Program-made: the position numbers and the translations under genes
Part shown: positions 1-12,099 of the stretch, in pieces
Layout of the letters: each line of letters begins with the position of its first letter
How positions within the stretch are numbered: position 1 is the first letter of the stretch
The notes under the pieces: model-generated
Told to the model about the DNA's origin: nothing
Database searches by the model: none
The model's input: the letters and a program-made list of their open reading frames with translations, nothing else
Source: Squalus acanthias
Taxonomy: Eukaryota
Reading direction: 5' to 3'
Assembly (NCBI GenBank): GCA_030390025.1
Contig: CM059431.1
Location: 102,984,001-103,048,000, forward strand
DNA: 64,000 nt

Positions 1-258
1 TAGCAGGCACATGGGAACACCACCACCTCCAAGTTCCCCTCCAAGTCACACACCATCCTGATTTGGAAATATATTGGCCGTTCCTTCATCGTCGCTGGGT
101 CAAAATCTGGAACTCCCTCCCTAACAGCACTGTGGGAGTACCTTCACCACATGGACTGCAGCGGTTCAAGAAGGTGGATCACCACCACCTTCTCAAGGGC
201 AATTAGGGATGGGCAATAAATGCTGGCCTTGCCAGCGACACCCACATCCCATAAAAAA
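1..258 (+). mobile_element. LINE 3' end (CR1/L2-group, WNSLP-type ORF2 C-terminus), partner of the tRNA-derived SINE at 17529
   Basis: Reads ...WNSLPNSTVG...QRFKK...HHHLLKGN* then AATAAA and an A-rich tail; near-identical copies at 875-1160 and 27193-27370(-). Confidence 0.75.
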
Positions 259-270
259 TGAATTGAAAAG

Positions 271-525
271 AAACCCATCTGGCTCACTAATGTCCTTTAG
301 AGAAGGAAATCTGCCGTGCCTTACCCGGTCTGGCCTATACCTATATGTGACTCCAGACCCACAGCAAAGTGTTTGACTCAACTGCTTTCTGAAATGGCCA
401 AGTAAGCCACTCAGTTGTATTCAAGAAGGCCGCTTGCCACCACCTTCTCGCGGGCAATTAGGGATGGGCAATAGATGGTGGCCTTGTCGGCGACACCCAC
501 ATCGAATGAATGAATTAAAAAAAAT
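271..525 (+). mobile_element. 3' half of tRNA-derived SINE plus LINE-type tail
   Basis: aaacccatctgg...gactccagacccacagca...aagccactcagtt matches 19280-19430. Confidence 0.75.
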
Positions 526-874
526 ATAGATTCTATGTAAATGATTTACAGAGAACTTGTAACTCCAAAGGAGCATTTTGCCAATCCCGAACACCTTGCA
601 GCAAGAGATGCAATGTGAGGGATAAGCTAATTGCACAGTGATTCCGCTGCCCTGCTCATTCCCCTGCCCTGAAATCTTACTCAAAGGGCCCCTGCATTAA
701 CAATCCTTATTACACATCCTTCACCACTCCTGCATTGAAGAACATTGAGCCCAATCAGCCAGCTTCTATATCAATGACATACAGACGATGTAGACTCTCA
801 AGTTGCTATAAAACCACACTGCTGACCGCAGAGCCAGCGGCAATAATGGTGATGAACTTAACACCAAACACAAT

Positions 875-1160
875 AAGGACAAGGGCAGCAGGCGCATGGG
901 AACACCACCACCTCCAAGTTCCCCTCCAAGTCACGCACCATCCTGACTGAGAAATATATCGGCCGTTCCTTCATCGTCGCTGGGTCAAAATCCTGGAACT
1001 CTCTCCCTAACAGCACTGTGGGAGCACCTCACCGCACGGACTGCAGCGGTTCAAGAAGGCGGCTCACCACCACCTTCTCAAGGGCAACTAGGGGATGGGC
1101 AATAAATGCTGGCCTTGCCAGCGACGCCCACATCCCATAAACGAATAATAATTAAAAAAA
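875..1160 (+). mobile_element. LINE 3' end, same family as 1-258
   Basis: Direct similarity to 1-258. Confidence 0.75.
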
Positions 1161-1351
1161 ATTGCCTTGAATTCATTTCCCACTCAAGCGTCAATGCAGG
1201 TTGCCTTTCTTATAAGAAGGTTTCCTAACTCTACTGCTACTATGAGGTGCTTCCCCTAGTGGCCTCAGCGAAGCTGGTGGAAGGCGACTGTTCCTCATGT
1301 TGGGACCCTTGAGATGCTAGTGTCCAGCGGCTTCTGGGTGCTTGAACCTGT

Positions 1352-2580
1352 GAAAGAAAGAACTTGCATTTATATCGCGCCTTTCACAACCTCAGGACAT
1401 CCCAAAGCACTTCCCAGTCAATGAAGTACTTTAGAACTGTAGTCTCTGCTGTAATGGGGAGGGCTAACAAGGAAAGGGAATACACATTAAATGGTAGGAC
1501 ACTGAGTAGTGTAGAGGAACAAAGGGACCTTGGAGTGCATGTCCACAGATCCCTGAAGGTAGCAGGCCAGGTAGATAAGGTGGTTAAGAAGGCATACGGA
1601 ATGCTTGCCTTTATTAGCTGTGGCATAGAATACAAGAGCAGGGGGGGTTATGCTTCAACTGTATAAAACACTAGTTAGGCCTCTGCTAGAGTACTGCGTG
1701 CAGTTCTGGTCACCACATTACAAGAAAGATGTGATTGCACTAGAGAGGTACAGAGGAGATTTACAAAGATGTTGCCGGGAGTAGAGAATCTTAGCTATGA
1801 GGAAAGACTGGATAGGCTGGGTCTGTTTTCCTTGGAACAGAGGAGGCTGAGGGGAGACCTTATTGAGGTGTATAAAATTATGAGGGGCAGAGATAAAGTG
1901 GATAGAAAGGACCTATTTCCCTTAGCAGAGGGGTCAAAAACCAGGGGGCACAGATTTAAAGTAATTGGTGGAAGGTTTAGAGCGGATTTGAGGGGAAATT
2001 TCTTCACCCAGAGGGTTGTGGGGGGTCTGGAACTCACTGCCTGAAAGGGTGGTAGATGCAGGAACCCTAACCACATTTAAAAAGTACTTGGATGTGCACT
2101 TGGGATGCTGTAACCTGCAGGGCTACGGACCAAGAGCTGGGAAGTGGGATTAGGCTGGATAGCTCTTTGTTGGCCGGCGCGGACACGATGGGCCGAAATG
2201 GCCTCCTTCCGTGCTGTAACTTTCTATGATTCTATAATGTAGGGAAACGCAGCAGCCAATTTGCACGAGACAAGCTCCCACAAATAGCTTTTGTTTAGTG
2301 ATATTAGTTGAGGGATTAATTTTGGCCAGGACACCAGGGAGAACTCCCCATCTCTTCTTTGAAATAGTGGCGGTGGGATCTTTAAGGTCCACCTGAGAGG
2401 GCAGACGGGGTCTCAGTTGAGCATCTCATCCAAAAGACGGCATCTCCGACAGTGCAGCACTCCCTCAGTACTAGCACTGAGAGTGTCAGCCTAGATTTTG
2501 TGCTCAAATCTCCGGAGTGGGACTTGAACCCTGGACCTTCTGCCTCTGGAGGTGAGAGTGCGACCCACTGAGCCACAGCC
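1352..2580 (-). mobile_element. Deu-domain SINE (SacSINE1/AmnSINE1-like) split by a CR1 insertion
   Basis: Tail at 1352-1456, body and tRNA head at 2235-2580; TAATG duplicated at 1452-1456 and 2235-2239. Confidence 0.8.
1457..2234 (+). mobile_element. 5'-truncated CR1 LINE, frameshifted ORF2 C-terminus
   Basis: EEQRDLGVHVHRSLK, LGLFSLEQRRLRGDLIEVYKIM, TRGHRFK; ttctatga tail. Confidence 0.9.
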
Positions 2581-3600
2581 TAGCTGAAGCCGGTGGCACC
2601 TGGGCCAGGGCAGTCTGGCCCAGCTGACTTCTTGGCACTGTCGCGGGTATTGGTTGAGGGGGTGGCGAAAGAGCAAATATACTGTTCCCATTGCGGCACT
2701 GGCATTTTCGCGGGGCTGGGGCCCATCACTTCCACTGATCTGCGGGGAGAGCAGACTCGAGAAGGTGAGTCTGCTCGATCCATCAATGTGACCCAGTGGC
2801 GGACATCTGTCTCTCCAAGGTGGAGCCCAGAGTTTGCGTGGCAACCGTGTGAGTTTCCACCAAAGCTGCCAAAGCTGCTGACCTTGGCTTCCTTTGTGAG
2901 GGCCCGACTGCAGAGTCCCAGGAGGTGGCCACACTTACCATGCTGGACTGCAGAGTGCTGATGCCACGCGAGGTGACACACTGGAAACGGACTCCTCCAT
3001 ACTTTCAGCCATAGTGCTGACATTCCTTGGCTGTATTTGCACAAAGGGTAGTGGAAATATGGAACTCAGCACTCCCCCCCCCCGCCACCAAAAAAAAGCT
3101 GTTGAGGCTGGGGGTCAATTGAAAATTTCAAAACCGAGATTGATAGATTTTTGTTAGGCAAGAGTTTTAAGGGCTATGACACCAAGGCGGGTAGATGGAG
3201 TTAAGATACAGATCAGCCATGATCTAATTGAATGGCGGAACAGGCCCGAGGAGCTGAATGGCCTCCCCCTGTTCCTATGTTCCTAGTCCTTCCAATACTG
3301 GTACAACCTTTCACAGTTGGGCCCCTGATGTCCTCACCTTTGTCCTGCTCAGCAGAGCTGGGAGAGGACCATCACCCTCTGGTGAGCTGTCTCCTGAGAA
3401 GTCCGCGCCACTGGTACCGGCTGCTGCTCACTCACGCTTGGTGTTTTGACATGTGCAGACCCCACTGACTCCTTGTCCAACCCACAAACTAATGGACATG
3501 TTTCTGGAGAAGGAGAGGATTGAGGGATGAGACAAGAAGGTAGCTGGATGAGGTGGAGACCAAAGGAAAAGGCCAAATGACCTCTTCTCATTACTCAAAT
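2581..3600 (-). pseudogene. Possible decayed C-terminal exons of a Harbinger Myb/SANT partner gene (interrupted by CR1 at 3045-3285)
   Basis: GC-rich, not LINE/SINE; minus-strand acceptor ctccccgcag and donor catg|gtaagt; resemblance is from memory only. Confidence 0.3.
3045..3285 (+). mobile_element. CR1 3' fragment
   Basis: gatcagccatgatc...aatggcctc...cctatgttcc terminal module. Confidence 0.8.
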
Positions 3601-3642
3601 TTCCTGCGCTCCTTTCTTGTATTGTGCCATGATATGTACATT

Positions 3643-3886
3643 TCATAGTGTCATACGGCACAGAAGGAGACCATTCGGCCCATCGAGTCCATGCTGGCCC
3701 CAGCACTGACCCTTGGGGAACACCACTGTCTACCATCCTCCAGTCTGAAAAAACAGCCATTTACCACAACTCGCTGTTTTCTGTCCTTGAGCCAATTCCT
3801 TATCCAAGCTGCCACTGACCCACCTATTCCATGAGCCTCAATTTTGTTAACCAGCCTTCTATGTGGTACTTTGTCAAATGCCTTCA
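3643..3886 (-). mobile_element. Internally deleted CR1: RT core joined to the 3' tail
   Basis: KAFDKVPHRRL...WIRNWL...GVPQGSVLG followed directly by the terminal module. Confidence 0.8.
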
Positions 3887-4499
3887 ATGCAAAAATATCA
3901 AAAGATTTAAATCACTTTGAAAATAGGAAAATATTGATTTATGTAAAGAAATTTAGAGTTAGGCTTACCTTCCATAAGGATCCAGAGGTTGCAAGATATA
4001 GAAAAATCTATGTAATTCTGTGTAATTCTGATTCTATAGCCTAGAAATGACTGCTTCAGCACTATTATTGAGGGGTTAACTGAATATTGCTTGGGTTTTT
4101 TGAGAATTATTAAATGTTCTGGTTAGCAATCCCTTCTTAATGTTCCTTGGAGTTGCACTGAAACATACACTTTAACATCCACACAGCAGGTCATCTAATG
4201 AAGTTGCCGAATCAATAATATAGCCTATCAGCTATGAACTGCAATAATGAGTCATTTGAAAAGCTGAAATAGTGCAAGGGAGCCCCAGGCAGCTGTTTAC
4301 TGAGCGATCTTTCTGCAAGAACGGCCTATTGCAGACAGAGGAAAGATGGGTTTACGACTCAATTCCTTGAAGCCCTGCTGCAAAGAATTCGCAGAGTGTT
4401 TATTGACACCACTGTGTTAGCCAATGAGCTGGAAACTTACGGCAGGACTCACAGCAAACAGTCTATTTTACAGCGAACAGAAATTATTTACTCAGTAAA

Positions 4500-4592
4500 C
4501 AGAGTCTGTTTAAGCAGCGCACAACAGCAAACAGTCTACAGAGTCTATTTAAACAGCGCACTACAGAAAACAGTCCACAGAGTCTATTTAAA
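4500..4592. repeat. 39-bp imperfect tandem repeat, about 2.4 copies
   Basis: cagagtctgtttaagcagcgcacaacagcaaacagtcta / cagagtctatttaaacagcgcactacagaaaacagtcca / cagagtctatttaaa. Confidence 0.75.
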
Positions 4593-5061
4593 AAAAGAGG
4601 CTGTATGAACTACAGCAAACAGAACTCATGACCGAAACTACAGCAAAGTCTCCCGATAAAAGCAGGATTACTTCTCCAACACAATGCAGTGAGGATAGTT
4701 ACAGAATACAAATTATGTGAGTAACATCAATCCCAGTCACTTACACCAAGGCATGATTGATGGGAGAATTACCGAATCATCTCCATTCTGGGCAGGACCT
4801 GTGGTGTCACTATATGTAGTTAAAAATTAGGGAGCAGAGGGACAGAATGTATGGGACTGATGGCTACTCAACCCTCTCCTCGGGAGTGCCTGGTCTAGCA
4901 AGGTATGGAGGGGGTAGCCAAAAGGGTAAATGCTGTGCTCAGGCACGGTAGGAACTGGAAAGGTATTGGGGGAAAAAAAAAGATGTCATACCTGCAGAAG
5001 TCTGATAAGTTAAGCCGACATCACTGCTATGCCTAACAAGCACCTGCCAGTAGAAGATAGT

Positions 5062-5490
5062 TTTGAAATCTTCAATTGACCCCCCCCCCAGCCTCAGCAG
5101 CTTTTTCTGGGGAGTGAGTTCCAGATTTCCACCACCCTTTGTGTGAAGAAGTGCTTCCTGACATCACCCCTGAACGGCCTGGCTCTAATTTTTAAGTTAT
5201 GCCCCCTTGTTCTGGACTCCCCCCGCCAGAGGAAATAGTTTCTCCCTCTCTCTACCCTGTCAAATCCTTTAATCATCTTAAACACCTCAATTAGGTCAAC
5301 CATTAATCTTTTATACTCGAGGGAATACAATCCTAATCTAGGCAGCATTTCCTCATAATTTAGCCCTTTTTAGCCCCGATATCATTCTGGTGAATCTGCG
5401 CTGCACCCCCTCCAAGGCCAATATATCCTTCCTGAGGTGTGGTGCCCAGAGCTGAACGCAGTTACTCCAGATGGGATCTAACCAGAGCTT
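5062..5490 (-). mobile_element. CR1 fragment
   Basis: CVQLWAPHLRKDILALEGVQRRFTRMI; TRGHNLK; WNSLP. Confidence 0.88.
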
Positions 5491-5825
5491 TTTACAACTA
5501 TATGGGTGCTTGAGTTGCAGGAGCCTGACTGTGCACACTACTTGGAGGCCTAGAGCCAGTGAAACCCCATCAGGGTGTCGGTGAAACATGTCTACCAGCC
5601 AGCATCCAATCTCCGGCCACTAGGGAAGAAAAATTAGGTTAGGTGTTAGACGTAACACAAAATCCATTATCACAAAGAGGAAGGCCCTTCAAAAAACATT
5701 ACGATAAATTGATTAAGTACACTGCACTTGATTTGTCTAATGTGCTGAGTATTTATATCTCATTGGTTAGAATAAAGCAGGAGCCAGGCAGAAGATGGGA
5801 AAAGATGATATTTGATGTGGATGAA

Positions 5826-6503
5826 AGGTGGCAGGACATACTGAGAGAGTGGTTAGCAAAGCATATGGGATCTTGGGCTTCATAAATAGAGGTATTGAGT
5901 ACAAAAGTAGAGAAGTTATGCTGAACCTTTATAAAGCGCTGGTTAGGCCACAACTGGAGTATTGCATCCAGTTCTGGTCACCACACTTTAGGAAGGATGT
6001 GAAGGCACTTGAGAGGGTGCAGAGGAGATTTACCAGAATGGTTCCGGGGATGGGGGATCTTAGCTACAAGGACAGGTTGGAGAAGCTGGATTTGTTTTCA
6101 TTAGAGCAAAGGAGGTTGAGGGGTGATTTGATAGAGGAGTACAAGATTATGACGGGTTTGGATAGGCTACGCGGGGAAAGGCTGTTCCCACTATTTGATG
6201 GTACAAGGACTAGGGGACACAGATTTAAGGTTTTGGGCAAGAGATACAGGGGGGACGTGAGGAAAAACTTTTTTACGCAGCGAGTGGTGAGGACCTGGAA
6301 CTCGCTGCCGACGGAAGTAGTGGGAGCGGAGACACTCAATGTTTTCAAGGGGAGACTGGATAGGCGCTTGAGGGAAATAAACTTGCAGGGCTACGGGGAT
6401 AGAGCGGGGGAATGGGACTGACTGGATTGCTCTGCAGAGAGCCGGCATGGACTCGATGGGCTGAACGGCCTCTTTCTGTGCCGTTATGACTCTATGACTC
6501 TAT
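5826..6503 (+). mobile_element. CR1 3' portion, open ORF2 C-terminus (5828-6421)
   Basis: LYKALVRPQLEYCIQFWSPH...LFSLEQRRLRGDLIE...WNSLP; atgactct tail repeats. Confidence 0.92.
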
Positions 6504-6804
6504 GTATCACTCTATTTGAGGAACAGTGCAAAGTCTAGGTAAAAATGGTTTTCGGAAGGTTAACTTGCAGATTTAAGAAAAGTGGCAGCTCTGAGCGCAT
6601 TGGAAGACATCTTGAATTAGTGTCTGTGGACCAGTTTTCATTGCTACATGGCTAGTCGTGCAGCTAATTCTTCCACGCCATTTCCTCAGTCTCACTTGCC
6701 TTGCCTTCCACAGGTGTATTCAGATGGGTGAAGGAAACAGCATGAACTGAAAGGAAATTTGGGCAGATGAAGTCATCACATCATTAGGAAATATTGACAC
6801 GTAA

Positions 6805-7370
6805 CTGCCGCAGCTAGAATGCTGCGTGCGTGCAGTTCTGGTCACCACATTACAGGAAGGATGTGATTGCACTAGAGAGGGTGCAGTGGAGATTTACGAG
6901 GATGTTGCCTGGGCTGGGGAATTTTAGCTGTGAGGAAAGATTGGATTGGCTGGGGTTGTTTTCTTTGGAACAGAGGAGGCTGAGGGGAGACCTAATTGAA
7001 ATGTATAAAATTATGAGGGGCCTAGATAGAGTGGATAGGAAGGACCTATTTCCCTTAGCAGAGAGGTCAATAACCAGGGGGCATAGATTTAAAGTAATTG
7101 GTAGAAGGATTAGAGGGGAGTTGAGGAGAACTTTCTTCACCCAGAGGGTGGTGGGGGTCTGGAACTCACTGCCTGAAAGGGTGATAGAGGCAGAAACCCT
7201 CATCACATTTAAAAAGTGCTTGGATATGCACTTGAAGTGCCGTAACCTGCAGGGCTACGGACCAAGAGCTGGAAAGTGGGATTAGGGTTGGATGGCTCTT
7301 TGTCGGCCGGCACAGACACGATGGGCCGAATGGCCTCCTTCCGTGCTGTAAATATCTATGATTCTGTGAT
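6805..7370 (+). mobile_element. CR1 3' portion
   Basis: ORF 6830-7285 with CR1 C-terminal motifs; same subfamily as 62610-63170. Confidence 0.9.
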
Positions 7371-7599
7371 TCTTGCTGCACCAATTCAAAGAACTGCAAC
7401 AGAGAAAAAATAGGTAGAGATTTTAAAAGGGAATAATAATCAGAGATTCTAAAGGGAGTTGGATATACACTTAACAAGCAAATATTTGCAGGGCTGTGAG
7501 GAAAGGACAGGGGGGGTGGCACTAATTGGAGAGCCCTTTCACAGGCATGATGGGGGCTGAATGGCCTCCTTCTGTGCTGTGAGATTCCGCGATTGCATT

Positions 7600-7760
7600 T
7601 GGCGTAACGAATCACTACCTGATTTTCCGGGTTGAAATGTAAACTTTACGCCGCGGGAAATAAAAAATGGCCATTACCGATCGATCACAACATCTCGGCT
7701 GTTGCATCTGGATCACATCTGCATCGGTCACACTTCCGGCGCCATGCTGTCACGCACGCA
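7600..7760. promoter_or_regulatory. CpG-rich promoter-like patch with ETS and YY1-like motifs
   Basis: cacttccggcgccatgct at 7731-7748 (reverse ATGGCGCCGGAAGTG); not recognised as repeat. Confidence 0.4.
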
Positions 7761-7915
7761 AATTTCTATTTTCCTACTTTTTAAAAAATAATTATTTAAA
7801 TGTCTGTCCGACCTATAATGAAACTCATCTTCTGCTAAAAGCAATTACCCTCTGAACGAGACACAGAAACTTCGAACTTATTTCTGACACTTAAGAAAAA
7901 AAGATATATATATAT

Positions 7916-9423
7916 TGTAGGGGGTGGTGGTTTGTGTCAGCTTTACCTCTGACAGCTGAGCGGTTCGAATCGCTCCCGCTCCCTTGGTTCTAGACCTTGG
8001 ACTTATTTGGGGGTTGTGACAAAAGGTGCAGCAGACAACTGAGTTTGATGAAAATAACTTCAATCTTTATTAAAAGGTAAAACACAAATGACAACACTCT
8101 TAACACTCTAAAGGTGGGGAACACTTCGGGACAAGCGAGGGAAATGACAGTAGAACAATACTTCACCCCTCCCAACCCCACTTTACTAGCTAAGTTAGGT
8201 TTTGAAGGACCAGGGATAATGCTCACCAATCCTTTGACAGTTGGGCTAAATCGCAGTTTTGGGGTTCGCTGTTTATGGCGGTTAGTGTCTGCCGTACCCC
8301 GTACGCGGTAGAGGACTTCACCTGAGTCTCTGGTCAGTCTTCGCGAGTCCGCTGATGCGGTAGGATGTCGTTTTGGATTTATCTGGTGAGTACCCTATTT
8401 CTTTGGTTTAGCAGTAGGGTTTAGAGTCTTTGGGGAAAATCTTACCCAGGGGTAAGTCAGGAGTAGATTGTAGAGTGGAAACTTTGCGGTTCTTTGGGTT
8501 TTCTTCCCTTGAGTTGGTCTTTGTTGGTCGCGGTGGCCTGCTATTACCCGGTCAGTTGGGGGTAATGCACGGTTGTTGGTTACTTGAGGCCTTTAGTTTC
8601 CGCGATGGTTTGAGGCCTTGTCTAGTGTGTCGGTCGACCTTGTGGAGCCGTCGGTGACTTGTTGCTGCTTGTTGCTCTGGGTGACTGTGTTGGGACCGTT
8701 GTTGGAGGTCCGTTGAGGTGGTATCTTCACGAGCTGGACTCAGGTGTGTCTGAGTGGTGAGCGATGCCGACTCGCTTCCAGCTCGGTTTGTCTTCTTCCT
8801 GGTTTCTTCTTCTTCTGATGACCACGGACTGCGACCTTGAACTGCTTAACGGGCCTTCAATTATACGGAATTGAAGTGGCCTTATCTACCCGCCAAATCT
8901 ACTCAGTTCATTGTCTGATTTTGGCGGGCCTGTTACCAGTAAGTGTCAAATGGCCTTTGGGATGGTTTGCATCCTGTCGATCTCCTTGGCTGATCACTGG
9001 TGATTGATTTCATGTTTGGGTTTCTAGGCTGGACTCAGTCTTTCTATAGAATGGTCCTGAGTGGGTTTTATTGTGCATGTTTCTGATGGGCCCTGTAATT
9101 GGTTTGATGGGGCCTGTCTTTGGGTGGGACTGTCTTCTCCCAGGGTCTATTGTTCAAATGTTAATGTCTGCTGGGGCTTGAGTGGGGTCATCCCGGTTCC
9201 CCAGACAGTGTAATTAACTGCAATAACCAAAACTGCTTTTACAGAGGTCGAGCCCACCCCCTTGTCCCTTTACAGGCCCAGACATAGTTTTAAAATGCCA
9301 AAACTTGGTTTTTGGTCTTAAATTCCTTAGGTTAGGCCCAAATGCATTTTTATCACTCTGAGGTACTGCCAAAGTCCTTTTTCCTTAGGTTTTTGGGGAT
9401 CTGCAAATTTTGGAAACCTTACA
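7916..9423 (-). mobile_element. Solo LTR, 1508 bp
   Basis: TGT...ACA termini, ATAT TSD (7912-7915, 9424-9427), minus-strand AATAAA near 8070; both ends match 58786-59953. Confidence 0.85.
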
Positions 9424-9581
9424 ATATATAAAGAAAGCCTGTCTGATCTCTAATTGGCATGAGGAGTAATTACACTTTGTTAACCCTAAAGGCACAAAGA
9501 CCCACACTTTAGTTCCACTCACATGCACTTTAACAGCAGAATATTAATAGCGCGTGACATGCTCCTGTCCTTATGAAATAA

Positions 9582-9721
9582 TTGAGAGGTCGCACAACAC
9601 CTGAGGAAGGAGCAATCGATAGCTCCGAAAGCTTGTGATTTCAAATAAAACTGTTGGACTATAACCTGGTGTTGTGCGACCTCTCAATTTTGTCCACCCC
9701 AGTCCAACACCGGCATCTCCG
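9582..9721 (+). mobile_element. Mini Penelope-like element with inverted 5' end
   Basis: 13-bp TSD ccttatgaaataa (9569-9581, 9722-9734); 22-bp inverted repeat 9580-9601/9668-9689. Confidence 0.8.
9597..9638 (+). ncRNA. Minimal type I hammerhead ribozyme motif
   Basis: CAC-CTGAGGA-A-GGAGC..GCTCC-GAAA-GC-TT-GTG. Confidence 0.7.
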
Positions 9722-9971
9722 CCTTATGAAATAACACATTCTCTGTCTTACTTTGAGCAGGGTCATGGTAAATCTGCTACAATGTGGAAAAAAAGATGTC
9801 TTGCATCCAGTGTGGGCCTCTCACACTTCATTACAGACGCAAAATAACCTTCAAAAAGAGAGAGTGAGAGAGAGGAAGCCAAACACTTCTTGCTAGGCTC
9901 TTCTGCCCTGCAGTCAGAAACTTATAAGCAATTGCAAATAACTGCCCACGTTGATCACTTTTCCACATGAA

Positions 9972-10315
9972 ATTCGATGCTGGGAGGCTGTTTCCCCTGG
10001 CTGGGGAGTCTAGAATCAGGGGGCACAGTCTCAGGATAAGGGGTCGGCCATTTAGGACTGAGATGAGGAGGAATTTCTTCACTCAGAGGGTTGTGAATCT
10101 TTGGAATTCTCTGCCCCAGAGGGCTGTGGATGCTCAGTCGTTGAGTATATTCAAGACTGAGATCGATAGATTTTTGGACTCTAGGGGAATCAAGGGATAT
10201 GGGGATAGGGTGGGAAAATGGAGTTGAGGTTGAAGATCAGCCATGATCTTATTGAATGGCGGAGCAGGCTCGAGGGGCTGTATGGCCGACTCCTGCTCCT
10301 AATTCTGATGTTCTC
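9972..10315 (+). mobile_element. CR1 3' fragment
   Basis: LFPLAGESRIRGHSLRIRGRPFRTEMRRNFFTQRVVNLWNSLP. Confidence 0.88.
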
Positions 10316-10359
10316 ATCAAGTACTCAAAGTTTGGCTTCCAAGGGACTGGTTAGTTGAA

Positions 10360-10620
10360 ACATAGAATTCCATAGAATGTACAGCACAGAAACAGGCCAT
10401 TCGGCCCAACTGGTCCGTGCCGGTGTTTATGCTCCACACGAGCCTCCTCCCACCCCTCTTCATCTCACCCTATCAGCGTAACCCTTTATTCCTTTCTCCC
10501 CTCTTGTGCTTATCCAGCTTCTCCTTGAAATGCATCTGTGCTATTCGCCTCAACCACTCCCTGTGGTAGCGAGTTCCACATTCTCACCACTCTCTGGGTA
10601 AAGAAGTTTCTACTGAATTC
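10360..10620 (-). mobile_element. CR1 3' fragment (different subfamily)
   Basis: catagaa tail and ggccattcggccc terminal stem. Confidence 0.75.
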
Positions 10621-10951
10621 CGTATTTTATTGATTAGTGGCTCATACCTGAATAAATTCCGCAATTAGGATCTGCTAAAATATACAACTATTCACATCTT
10701 ATTAAAATCTCACATCTGTGTAAACCTCTAGTCTGCACCGCTTGACTTCCTGTTGCAATATTTATGTTACACTTTTTCCCATTATAGGTTCACTAAGACC
10801 ACATTTGGAATGGGTTTTGTCTCTGGAAAATTGCCATGTTGTAGTAACATCCTCCCACCTTTAGTATTCCTGCAGGATATCTTCTGGTCCATTCTGGTTT
10901 TTTCCCTCACTAGAAATATTACTTTATGGCTGAAGGAATGTTTATCTGCTA

Positions 10952-11412
10952 ACTGGGCTGGAGCGCTTCAGCTATGAAGAGAGACTGGACAGGCTGGGGT
11001 TGTTTTCCTGAGAGCAGAGAAGGCTGAGGGGGGACCTGATCGAGGTGTACAAAATTATGAGGGGCATAGATTGGGTAGATAGAAAGGAACTTTACCCCTT
11101 AGTAGAGGGGTCAATAACCAGGGGGCATAGTTTCAAGGTAAAGGGGCAGGAAGTTTAGAGGGGATTTGAGGAGAAACTTTTTCACCCAGAGGGTGGTTGG
11201 AATCTGGAACTCACTGCCTGAAAGGGTGGTAGAGGCAGGAACCCTCACAACATTCAAGATGCATTTAGATGAGCACTTGAAACGCCATAGCATACAAGGC
11301 TACGGACCAAGTGCTGGAAAATGGGATTAGAATAGACAGGGCTTGATGGCCGGCGTGGACACGATGGGCCGAAGGGCCTCTTTCTGTGCTGTATAACTCT
11401 ATGACTCTATAA
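10952..11412 (+). mobile_element. CR1 3' fragment
   Basis: CR1 C-terminal coding motifs; ctctatga tail. Confidence 0.88.
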
Positions 11413-11499
11413 CTGTGCTTTCTGCAATGGTTAATGGGACATCTGCTGTTGAACTAACAGCTGCTGCAGGACTGTACGTGGTTGATGTGAATTTCTTGG

Positions 11500-12074
11500 T
11501 AAAGCTGGGGAATCGCTGACGGGGGCCAAGCAGCGGGGGCGAGAGGAGGAGTAAACCTGGATGTCCCGAGAAACCCGGCAGCTAAAGGGAGGAGGGGACT
11601 GCTGCATGGAAGAGGTAAGTGCTTTTCCCAGTGCTGTTTGTGGGCCAGGAGGAGCAGGAGTGCTTCCCCGCCAGCCCACCAAGCAAACCTACTTCCACCG
11701 CAACCACCCCACCCCACCCCACCCAAGATCACTGACTCCTCCTCCAGGATTGCCAACCTCCCCACCCTAGGATTGGAACCCCTCCCAAGATATGGACTTC
11801 CCCCCCACCCCCCACCCCGCCACGCTATCACTACCTCAGCAGTAGGCTCCCTACCTACCTGCACCTGGGGCTGCGGCCTCCTCCAGCGCGTTCCCTGCCT
11901 GCCAGGGAGCCACGCCCGCCAATCAGGCTGGCTTCCGGGTGGGGAACCCGCCGGGAAAGAAAAAAAAAAGATGCCCGCTGTGAAGTTAAAACTCCGCAGC
12001 ATGCGGGGGAAACTTCCGGGTTGACTCCTTCCCCCGCCCCGCTCGGGAAAACCCGCCCCAGTCAAGATCGTGGC
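11500..12074. mobile_element. GC-rich Harbinger-type MITE, left end not resolved
   Basis: Ends aagatcgtggcc; shares ggactgctgcat..gaggtaagtgc with 13202-14006. Confidence 0.5.
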
Positions 12075-12099
12075 CATTATTTCTTTGTTTGTGTTTAGA

